Source: Propionibacterium freudenreichii subsp. freudenreichii
Lineage (GTDB): Bacteria > Actinomycetota > Actinomycetes > Propionibacteriales > Propionibacteriaceae
Length of the DNA: 32,000 bases
Reading direction: 5' to 3'
NCBI RefSeq assembly: GCF_000940845.1
Contig: NZ_CP010341.1
Span: 990,001-1,022,000, forward strand
Shown here: positions 25,068 to 32,000 of the stretch, one piece after another
How the letters are laid out: each line of letters opens with the position of its first letter
Numbering within the stretch: position 1 is the first letter of the stretch
Notes under the pieces: model-generated
What the model was told of the DNA's origin: nothing
Database searches by the model: none
The model's input: only the letters and a program-made list of their open reading frames with translations
Made by a program: the position numbers and the translations under genes

Positions 25068-28000
25068 TCATTCCTGGCGGTTGCTCCCCGGCGTCCTGCG
25101 GCGTCGGGTGTATCCCCGGGGAACCATCACGAAACCTGCGGCATTGAGCTCGTCGCCGATGTCGGCCTGCAGGGCGGGACTGCCATCGATCTTGTCGATC
25201 GTGAGGCGACCGATCTGCCCTGCGTCCACGGCGGCACCGATTGCACGCAGTGCCTCCGCCAATCGGGGCCGGTCGGTGGAGGTGAAGGTCAACAGGGTCC
25301 GGGCCCCCCTCTCGACGTAGCAGACGGGCTTCGCGTCATCGAGAACCACCAGGGCGCCCGCCTTGCGAGCCGGACGATGTCCATTGGTCGCGGGCCACTC
25401 CAGGGCAGCACCGTAGGGGTTCACCGGATCGCAGGCAGCGAGAAGTCGCATGGGGGCAGCCGGAGCGGTGCGGAGCCGGTCGACTGCGCCGGGGGTCGCG
25501 AACTGTGCTCCCCCCAGGCCGGTCACGAAATAGCCGCGGCGGGTGGCGCCGGACTCCTCCATCCTGGACAGCAGGCGGTAGGCGTCGGCGAAGCTCGGTG
25601 TCTGTGGCTCGGTCATGACGCTGCCCCGGGTGAGGACGCCATATCGGGCCAGTTCCAGCTCCAGGGCGTCCAGGAGCCGGGTGCTCTCGTCGCCGGGCTC
25701 GGGTGGGGCGGCCCAGCGGGCCCCGCCCACGGGCAGCGGGCGGGCAACCCGGACCCGCATGGGGCGACGGCGTGCGCGCGGGGTGGTGGGGGTCTTCAGG
25801 GCCCCGCGTCCCGCGCACAGGTCACGCACCGGCGCGAAGGTGTCAGTGGTCGCACGTCCCTGCCACGCAAGCTCCCACAGGGCATCGAGCACGGCCGAGG
25901 GCCCGGCCGACTCGTCGGTCAGGTCGGTGACCCGCCAACCGCCACCGGCATCCAGTCGTTGCGCCAGTCGGGTGGCGAGGGGCGTCAGTTCTGTCGACTT
26001 CCGGGGAGGGACCGGGCCGATGTCTGCCGGCCACAGGCAGATCCAGCCATCCCGCTGGCCAATGGCCCTGGTTCCAGTCCAGACCATCTCTCCGGTGGCG
26101 AGTGCCTCATCGAGCAGGGACGGGCGGTAGCCGGGAAGTCGCGCCGGCAGCACCACCGACTCCAGCATGGATGCGGGAATCGGATAGCCCGCGATCAGGT
26201 CGACGACGGCCAGCAGGTCGTCGGGGGTGGGGGCGCTGTGACTTGCCGGGCGTTGGGGCACCTGGGCCCCGGCCGGGGGCAGCTGCTGCCAGGCGTCCAG
26301 GAAGCGGCCGAACTGCTGCTGGTCGACGGCCTCCACCTGGTTGCGCAGCTGCGCGAGGGTGCGACGCTTGATCAGCGCGAGCACCTGCTCATGACAGTAC
26401 TGGTCGGCGTCGGGCTCCCCGACCAGCGCGCCCAGACGGTATTCGGTCGAATCCTCGCCGGGCGTCGGCGGAACCGCGATGAGCGCTCCCCGGATGACCA
26501 GGCCCTCATCGATCAGCCCGTCGAGTGCCGATTGGGCGGTGGCAACGGCCATGCCGTAGCGCTGCCGGATTGACTCGGTGGTGACCGCCGCATGGCGTCG
26601 CACCCAGCGCAGCACCAGATCACGGACCGCAAGGTGCCGCTCACGCGGCGGTGGCGCGGGCATGGCCGCAGGGATCGGGATTCCGAGCGCATCGCGCAGC
26701 AGACCGACATCGGTGTCGGCGCACCAGGCCGGACGACCATTGATCTGGACCCGCGCAATCCGGTGTTCTGCCGACAGGGTTCGCAGCCAGGCCGCGGCGT
26801 CCGGGGTACTGCGATCACGGCATTCGTCGTCGGTCAGGGGCCCGATCGTGCGAATCACCTCCCACAGGCGTTCGGGGGTTGTCGCACGACGATCCGCCAC
26901 CACCGACTGGAGGCCGGCCTCCACCCGGGTGGCCACCCCGACGTCCAGCATCTGGCGGCCGGCCTCGGTGCCCAACAGTTCGGCCAGCATGCCCGAATCC
27001 AGGCTCATGGCCGCCAGGGTGCGTTCGGCAAGGGGCTGATCGGTGTCGTAGACGAATTCGCCGACATAGCCGAACAGCAGGTTGCGGGCGAAGGGGGAGG
27101 GTTGTTGGGTCTCCACGTCAACCAGTCGTACGCGCCGTGAGGCGATGGCCGACATCAGGGATGTCAGGCCGGGCAGGTCAAAGACGTCCTGGAGGCACTC
27201 GCGCATCGTCTCCACGACGATCGGGAAATCGCGGTATCCCGCCGCCACGGCAAGCAGCTGTGCCGATTTGATGCGTTGCTGCCACAGCGGTGCGCGCGTG
27301 CCCGGATTGCGGCGCGGCAGGAGCAGCGCGCGGGCGGCACACTCGCGGAACCGCGCGGCGAACAATGCTGAACCGAAGACCTGCTCTGACACCAGCGACT
27401 CGACGTCATCGGCCGCGAAGGACAGCAGCCCTGCGTCGGGAGCGTCGGCATCGACGTCGGGTAGCTGGATGATGATGCCGTCATTGGTGGCAGTGACGTG
27501 GACGTCGACGCCGTAGCGCTCGCGGCCGGCGTGCTCAATGATCAATGCCCACGGCTGCAGCACCGCGGCCCCCAGGGCACAGTGCACGCACAGGCGCCAA
27601 TCGCCGATCTCGTCACGGAAGCGCTCGACCAGGATGGTGCGATCATCGGGGAGCTGTCCGGTGGCCTCACGCTGCTCGGTCAGATAGGCCAGCAGATTCC
27701 GGGAGGCCATCTCATCCAGCCCCCCATGGGCCAGCCGGGCGAGGGCATCCCCGGGATCTGCCGCCGCCAGCTCCCTGACACTGGCGCCGATGGCGGCTCC
27801 GAGCTCACGCGGCCTGGACGGGGAATCCCCGCGCCAGAAGGGCAATCGACCCGGATGGCCCGGAGCAGGACTGACCATCACCTGCGAGTGGGTGATGTCC
27901 TCGATCCGCCAACTCGAGGTGCCCAGGGTGAAGACATCGCCCACCCGTGACTCGTAGACCATCTCCTCGTCGAGCTCGCCCACCCGCCGGCCGGGCTCGT

Positions 28001-29747
28001 GCTTCCCCGAGGCGGTTTGCTCGCCGACCAGGAACACGCCGAACAGGCCCCGGTCGGGGATCGTGCCACCACTGGTGGTCACCAGGCGCCGGGCACCGGG
28101 ACGTGCGCTCAGCATGTCGGTGCGGCGGTCCCAGACCAGCCTGGGGCGCAGTTCGGCGAAGTCCTCACTGGGATAGTGGCCGGTGAGCATGTCGAGCACC
28201 CCGTCGAAGACGGAGCGCGGCAGCTGCCGGAAGGCATCGCAATGCCTGACGATCGTGAAGAGCTCGCTGGCCGAATGCGGGGCGTTGACGCACATCGACA
28301 CGAGCTGTTGGGCCAGCACGTCGAGCGGATTGCGCAGGGTGTGGACGGCCTCGATCTGCCCGTCGGCCATCCTTCGGGCGACGACCGCCGATTCCAGCAT
28401 GTCCCCCCGCGCCGTGGGGAACAGCACCCCCTGCGAGATGGCGCCCACCTGGTGGCCGGCACGGCCCACGCGCTGCAGGCCGCTGGACACCGAGGGGGGC
28501 GATTGCACCTGGATCACCAGGTCCACGGCACCCATGTCGATGCCCAGTTCCAACGAGCTGGTCGCCACCACGCACGGCAGTCGCCCACTCTTCAGGTCAT
28601 CCTCGATCTGCGCCCGACGCTGTTTGCTCACCGAACCGTGGTGGGCACTCGCAACGATGGGGACCTCGGTGCCGTCCCGGCCCTTCGTGGCCGCCGACGG
28701 CTCCATCACCTGGGCCGGCAGCGGCTGCGGTTCATCGCTGACGCCCAGATCGTGGGCATGCAATTCGTTGAGGTGGGCGGTGAGGCGCTCTGCCACCCGA
28801 CGTGAATTCACGAAGCAGATGGTCGAGCGGTGGGACGTGATGAGGTCGAGGATCCGTCGTTCGATCGGCGGCCACATCGAGGGTTGGCGTCCGGTGCCGT
28901 CCTGCTCGGCTGCATCCCGCCCGGCGTCGGGCTCGGTCATGTCCTCCACGGGCACCACGACGCTGAGATCCCAGGTCTTGGCTGCCGGGGGGCTGATCAC
29001 CGCGATGTCGCGGTCTCCTGCCAGAAAGCCAGCGACCCGTTCCGGTGGACGCACGGTGGCCGACAGTCCGATCCGTTGGAATCCGCCGCGTTGGCTCAGC
29101 GCGGCCACCCGCTCCAGGCTGACCATCAGGTGCGCGCCGCGCTTCGTGCCTGCCAGCGCATGGACCTCGTCGACGATGACCGTCTCGACGTTGCGCAGGG
29201 TCTCGGCGGCCTTGCTCGACAACATGAGGAACAGCGATTCGGGGGTGGTGATGAGGATGTCAGGGGGATGGGTGGCGATGCGTCGGCGCTGTGCTGCCGT
29301 GGTGTCGCCGGAGCGCACCGCAACGCTGACCCGCGGTTCGGGTAGCCCAAGTCGCTCCGCAGTCGCCGTCATGCCGCGCAGGGGGGCCTGCAGGTTCCGC
29401 TCGATGTCCACGGCGAGGGCCTTCAGGGGGGAGATGTACAACACGCGGACGCCCTTGACGTGCGCGGCGGGCTCCTGCGTCGGTGCGGCCCCCTCGGAGG
29501 CTCCGATCAGGGCGGGCTGTGTCGCACGGGATGCCAGCCGGTCCAGGCTCTGCAGGAAGGCGGCCAGGGTCTTACCCGAACCGGTTGGTGCGATGACCAA
29601 CGCGTTGTTGCCCGAGCCGATGGCCTGCCAGGCGGCGATCTGCACCGGCGTCGGGGCGGCAAACACATCGGTGAACCACGTGCGGGCGATGGGCCCGAAG
29701 CCGGCCATCGCCGCATCGTTCGCGGGCGCCGTTGCGTCGGATGTCAT
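25068..29747 (-). CDS. lhr: ATP-dependent DNA helicase Lhr (long form: SF2 helicase core plus large C-terminal domain)
   Basis: About 1559 aa with Walker A APTGSGKT, DEVH, SAT(V) and ATSSLELGIDMG, plus a long Lhr-type C-terminal extension. ATG 29747 is preferred over the ORF-track start at 29840 (see promoter motif). Confidence 0.9.
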   Translation of the reverse strand: MTSDATAPANDAAMAGFGPIARTWFTDVFAAPTPVQIAAWQAIGSGNNALVIAPTGSGKTLAAFLQSLDRLASRATQPALIGASEGAAPTQEPAAHVKGVRVLYISPLKALAVDIERNLQAPLRGMTATAERLGLPEPRVSVAVRSGDTTAAQRRRIATHPPDILITTPESLFLMLSSKAAETLRNVETVIVDEVHALAGTKRGAHLMVSLERVAALSQRGGFQRIGLSATVRPPERVAGFLAGDRDIAVISPPAAKTWDLSVVVPVEDMTEPDAGRDAAEQDGTGRQPSMWPPIERRILDLITSHRSTICFVNSRRVAERLTAHLNELHAHDLGVSDEPQPLPAQVMEPSAATKGRDGTEVPIVASAHHGSVSKQRRAQIEDDLKSGRLPCVVATSSLELGIDMGAVDLVIQVQSPPSVSSGLQRVGRAGHQVGAISQGVLFPTARGDMLESAVVARRMADGQIEAVHTLRNPLDVLAQQLVSMCVNAPHSASELFTIVRHCDAFRQLPRSVFDGVLDMLTGHYPSEDFAELRPRLVWDRRTDMLSARPGARRLVTTSGGTIPDRGLFGVFLVGEQTASGKHEPGRRVGELDEEMVYESRVGDVFTLGTSSWRIEDITHSQVMVSPAPGHPGRLPFWRGDSPSRPRELGAAIGASVRELAAADPGDALARLAHGGLDEMASRNLLAYLTEQREATGQLPDDRTILVERFRDEIGDWRLCVHCALGAAVLQPWALIIEHAGRERYGVDVHVTATNDGIIIQLPDVDADAPDAGLLSFAADDVESLVSEQVFGSALFAARFRECAARALLLPRRNPGTRAPLWQQRIKSAQLLAVAAGYRDFPIVVETMRECLQDVFDLPGLTSLMSAIASRRVRLVDVETQQPSPFARNLLFGYVGEFVYDTDQPLAERTLAAMSLDSGMLAELLGTEAGRQMLDVGVATRVEAGLQSVVADRRATTPERLWEVIRTIGPLTDDECRDRSTPDAAAWLRTLSAEHRIARVQINGRPAWCADTDVGLLRDALGIPIPAAMPAPPPRERHLAVRDLVLRWVRRHAAVTTESIRQRYGMAVATAQSALDGLIDEGLVIRGALIAVPPTPGEDSTEYRLGALVGEPDADQYCHEQVLALIKRRTLAQLRNQVEAVDQQQFGRFLDAWQQLPPAGAQVPQRPASHSAPTPDDLLAVVDLIAGYPIPASMLESVVLPARLPGYRPSLLDEALATGEMVWTGTRAIGQRDGWICLWPADIGPVPPRKSTELTPLATRLAQRLDAGGGWRVTDLTDESAGPSAVLDALWELAWQGRATTDTFAPVRDLCAGRGALKTPTTPRARRRPMRVRVARPLPVGGARWAAPPEPGDESTRLLDALELELARYGVLTRGSVMTEPQTPSFADAYRLLSRMEESGATRRGYFVTGLGGAQFATPGAVDRLRTAPAAPMRLLAACDPVNPYGAALEWPATNGHRPARKAGALVVLDDAKPVCYVERGARTLLTFTSTDRPRLAEALRAIGAAVDAGQIGRLTIDKIDGSPALQADIGDELNAAGFVMVPRGYTRRRRTPGSNRQE

Positions 29748-29754
29748 GGGAGCC

Positions 29755-29776
29755 AGTCTGACGCGGGGCACTGACA
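29755..29776 (-). promoter_or_regulatory. RecA-NDp/PafBC-type promoter-like motif upstream of lhr: TGTCAGTG-N8-CAGACT
   Basis: The minus strand reads TGTCAGTG CCCCGCGT CAGACT GGCTCCC ATG. The upstream 8-mer matches tTGTCRgtg exactly. The -10 hexamer keeps A2 and T6 but has C at position 1. The ATG lies 7 nt after the hexamer. Confidence 0.4.
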
Positions 29777-29851
29777 TTTTCGAATGGGCGACGCCGCGCA
29801 CCCGGCGCGGGGGGGCCAGCGGGATGACGGCGGAGGGCACGGGCAGGCCGA

Positions 29852-30046
29852 CTACCGATCGCGTTCGGGAAGCTCAAGGAACTTCCACACGGCGCGCCAC
29901 GCCACCTTGAACGGCACGCCATCGTCCAGTGCCTCACGCACCGTGCGATTGTCCAGCTCCGACAACACGATCTGGTCTGCCCATACGCGCGCGTAGTTGC
30001 CACCAAGATGGTGATCCATCCGCCGCCAGAACTCGGTTTCTCGCAC
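29852..30046 (-). CDS. DUF3046-domain small protein (recA-neighbourhood conserved protein)
   Basis: The 64-aa product VRETEFWRRMDHHLG...LSELDNRTVREALDDGVPFKVAWRAVWKFLELPERDR has the MRxTEFW... start and length typical of DUF3046 (Rv2738c-like). GTG start. Confidence 0.8.
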   Translation of the reverse strand: MRETEFWRRMDHHLGGNYARVWADQIVLSELDNRTVREALDDGVPFKVAWRAVWKFLELPERDR

Positions 30047-30123
30047 GGGTCGAGCTTAGGTCGCCGGGCCGATGGGTCGCCGGCAGGTGCCGGTGAGGGG
30101 ATCATGGGGCGTGTCGCTTCGCT

Positions 30124-30139
30124 TCGAACGCTTGTTCGC
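30124..30139. promoter_or_regulatory. LexA (SOS) box TCGAAC-GCTT-GTTCGC
   Basis: 15/16 match to the actinobacterial consensus TCGAAC-N4-GTTCGA. It exactly fills the 17-nt spacer between TTCGCT (30118-30123) and a TATTGT -10-like box (30141-30146) facing recA. Confidence 0.7.
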
Positions 30140-30193
30140 ATATTGTGAATAGTGCTTGGCGCTACGTCCACAGCTTCCCGGTGGGGCGGGAAA

Positions 30194-30215
30194 TGTCAGA
30201 GGCCGGTCCTACAGT
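30194..30215 (+). promoter_or_regulatory. RecA-NDp/PafBC-type promoter-like motif upstream of recA: TGTCAGAG-N8-TACAGT
   Basis: It matches tTGTCRgtg-N8-TAnnnT in the TGTCAG core, the exact 8-nt spacing and the TAnnnT hexamer. It lies between the LexA box and the recA start. Confidence 0.5.
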
Positions 30216-30327
30216 CAACACAAGACGGCGCAAGATGGCGCACCACACGTGACACAGCTTGAAACAGACGAAGAGAACCACGCACATTCCGTTGGCCACC
30301 GTGCCGACACGAGGAGAGGATCGGGAC

Positions 30328-31446
30328 ATGGCCGTAGCAGATCGAAACAAGGCTCTGGACGCAGCGCTTGCCCAAATCGAGAAGGCCCATGGCAAGGGCT
30401 CGGTGATGCGCCTTGGCGACCAGGCCTATGCGCAGATCGAGAGCATCCCCACCGGGTCGGTGGCGCTCGACATCGCCCTGGGAATCGGGGGACTGCCGCG
30501 AGGTCGCATCGTGGAGGTCTACGGTCCCGAGTCATCCGGTAAGACCACCGTGGCCCTGCACGCCATCGCGAACGCCCAGGCAGAAGGTGGCATCTGTGCC
30601 TTCATCGACGCGGAGCATGCGCTGGACCCGAGCTATGCCCATGCGCTGGGCGTCAACACCGACGAACTGTTGGTGAGCCAGCCCGACAACGGTGAGCAGG
30701 CCCTGGAGATCGCTGACACCCTGGTCCGCTCCGGTGCCCTGGAGCTGTTGGTGATCGACTCGGTGGCCGCATTGACGCCCCGCGCCGAGATCGAGGGCGA
30801 GATGGGTGACAGCCACGTGGGCCTGCAGGCGAGGCTCATGAGCCAGGCGCTGCGCAAGATGACGGGCGCCATCAAGTCGGCGAACACCACGGTGATCTTC
30901 ATCAACCAGCTTCGCGAGAAGATCGGCGTGATGTTCGGCTCGCCCGAGACCACGACTGGTGGCCGAGCCCTGAAGTTCTATTCGTCGGTGCGCTTGGACG
31001 TCCGGCGCATCGAATCCCTCAAGAACGGCAATGAGATCGTGGGAAACCGCACCCGGGTGAAGGTTGCCAAGAACAAGGTTGCGCCGCCGTTCAAGCAGGC
31101 CGAATTCGACATTCTCTATGGCAAGGGCATCAGTCGTGAGGGAAGCCTCATCGATATGGGTGTGGACGCCGGGATCGTGCGCAAGGCCGGGGCATGGTTC
31201 ACCTATGGTGATGACCAGCTCGGGCAGGGCAAGGAGAATGCCCGCACCTTCCTGATCACCCATCCTGAGGTCGCCAGTGATATCGAGCACAAGATCCGGG
31301 TGAAGCTCGGGCTGGACGCCAGTGATGAGGTACCTGAGGGGATCGATCCCAGGACCGGGGAGGTCGTGGATTCCCCGGCGAGCGAGCTGGTGGATGCCAA
31401 GGCGGGCAAGCAGTCAGCGTCGAAGTCCGGTAAGGCCACGGTCTGA
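30328..31446 (+). CDS. recA: Recombinase RecA (no intein)
   Basis: [31 protein letters not shown], Walker [10 protein letters not shown] and the full RecA core. The Shine-Dalgarno GAGGAGAGGA lies 7 nt upstream of ATG 30328. Confidence 0.95.
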   Translation: MAVADRNKALDAALAQIEKAHGKGSVMRLGDQAYAQIESIPTGSVALDIALGIGGLPRGRIVEVYGPESSGKTTVALHAIANAQAEGGICAFIDAEHALDPSYAHALGVNTDELLVSQPDNGEQALEIADTLVRSGALELLVIDSVAALTPRAEIEGEMGDSHVGLQARLMSQALRKMTGAIKSANTTVIFINQLREKIGVMFGSPETTTGGRALKFYSSVRLDVRRIESLKNGNEIVGNRTRVKVAKNKVAPPFKQAEFDILYGKGISREGSLIDMGVDAGIVRKAGAWFTYGDDQLGQGKENARTFLITHPEVASDIEHKIRVKLGLDASDEVPEGIDPRTGEVVDSPASELVDAKAGKQSASKSGKATV

Positions 31447-31448
31447 TC

Positions 31449-32000
31449 GTGGTGGGTGACAGTGGTTCCGCCGCGGCGAAGATTGATGAGCTTGCACGGC
31501 TCATCAGCGACGTCGCGGCGCGAACCCCTGCCGAGCACGACGCATCACCGACAGCTTCGGGCAAGCGCGGGGCAGCCCCGTCAGGACGTGCCTCCGAGGT
31601 GGCCAGCGCCAAGGAGATCGCGCTGCGACGGGTGGACCGGCGTGACTACTCGCGCGGCGAGCTCACTGATTACCTGGTGCGCAAGCGTCAGCTCGATCCC
31701 GGGATCGTTGCCGAGATCCTCGACCGGTTCGTCGAGGTCGGCATCGTTGATGATGCCCGGTTCGCACGCAACTGGGCACAGGAACGCGCACGCACCCGCA
31801 GGCTCTCCCGGCGGGCCATCAGTCGCGAGCTGAGCGTCCGCGGAGTCAGCGAGGAGCTCATCGAGATCGCCCTGGACCAGATCTCGCCCGACGATGAGCG
31901 GCAGGCGGCGCTCGAGTTGTGCCGCATCAAGGCCAGACGCCTTCATGGGGTCGACCGGCAGGTTGCGCTGCGTCGTCTGTCGGGACAACTCGCACGACGG
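31449..32000 (+). CDS. recX: Recombination regulator RecX (3' end outside the window)
   Basis: This frame is not in the supplied ORF track because it has no stop before the window end. Translation gives ..KEIALRRVDRRDYSRGELTDYLVRKRQLDPGIVAEILDRFVEVGIVDDARFARNWAQERARTRRLSRRAISRELSVRGVSEELIEIALDQ.., the typical RecX three-helix repeats. GTG 31449 (or 31452) lies 2 nt after the recA stop. Confidence 0.85.
   Translation, partial: MVGDSGSAAAKIDELARLISDVAARTPAEHDASPTASGKRGAAPSGRASEVASAKEIALRRVDRRDYSRGELTDYLVRKRQLDPGIVAEILDRFVEVGIVDDARFARNWAQERARTRRLSRRAISRELSVRGVSEELIEIALDQISPDDERQAALELCRIKARRLHGVDRQVALRRLSGQLARR

Noticed and set aside
24870-29910. Two very long plus-strand ORFs (24870-26573 at 567 aa and 28183-29910 at 575 aa) opposite lhr
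   Set aside because: They are antisense shadows of the 4.7-kb lhr gene with no motifs. Their lengths are explained by stop-codon depletion in GC-rich DNA.
30047-30123. A second, minus-strand RecA-NDp motif for the DUF3046 gene
   Set aside because: Only CATCGGCC-N8-TAAGCT is present, with 4 of 8 matches in the upstream element. I kept the TAAGCT -10/leaderless idea but not a PafBC-type call.
30259-30327. Longer recA ORF starting at TTG 30259
   Set aside because: The extension ([23 protein letters not shown]) is not RecA-like. A strong SD precedes ATG 30328, and the [10 protein letters not shown] start is canonical.
31456-31833. 125-aa ORF listed downstream of recA
   Set aside because: It is the wrong reading frame. 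The overlapping frame from 31449 encodes an obvious RecX.
1-32000. CRISPR arrays, rRNA, prophage/integrase at the tRNA genes, toxin-antitoxin or known defence modules
   Set aside because: I saw no spaced direct-repeat arrays, no integrase or att-like tRNA 3' duplication next to tRNA-Gln/Glu, and no small paired ORFs with TA-like features. The region is otherwise conserved core synteny.

Overview
This is a high-GC actinobacterial chromosomal segment whose gene order resembles the Propionibacteriales/Mycobacteriales core, and most of it is housekeeping. From left to right it contains:
- a decayed bacterial-microcompartment (pdu/eut-type) remnant: an AraC regulator (partial), an Fe-alcohol dehydrogenase, a PduV/EutP GTPase, and a PduU/EutS shell gene truncated by an ISL3-family IS
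- a branched-chain amino-acid block: leuB, ilvE, a cimA-like synthase, an IclR regulator and leuCD, interrupted by an FAH-family gene, a CPBP protease and tRNA-Gln/tRNA-Glu
- a PlsC-like acyltransferase and ddl
- an IS481-family element inserted exactly at the ddl stop codon
- a divergent pair of a polytopic membrane protein and a TetR regulator, both of unknown function
- thiL, ftsK, rimO, pgsA, a CinA-C/PncC-like gene and clgR
- a DNA-damage locus: lhr, a DUF3046 gene, recA and recX. recX runs off the right edge and is missing from the ORF track.

I found no CRISPR array, no rRNA and no recognisable defence or toxin system, and I cannot point to a convincing wholly new multi-gene system. Five things are most worth following up:
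1. The ISL3 junction has no target duplication and has orphaned the microcompartment genes.
2. The uncharacterised membrane-protein/TetR pair sits beside the IS481.
3. The damage-response regulatory layout combines a LexA box with two RecA-NDp/PafBC-like motifs, one of which gives a leaderless lhr.
4. A TAnnnT-N6/7-start arrangement recurs and implies many leaderless mRNAs, which revises several start codons.
5. An ECF-sigma-like promoter lies in a low-GC leader upstream of clgR.

All calls come from reading the sequence and from remembered family signatures. No database search was possible.
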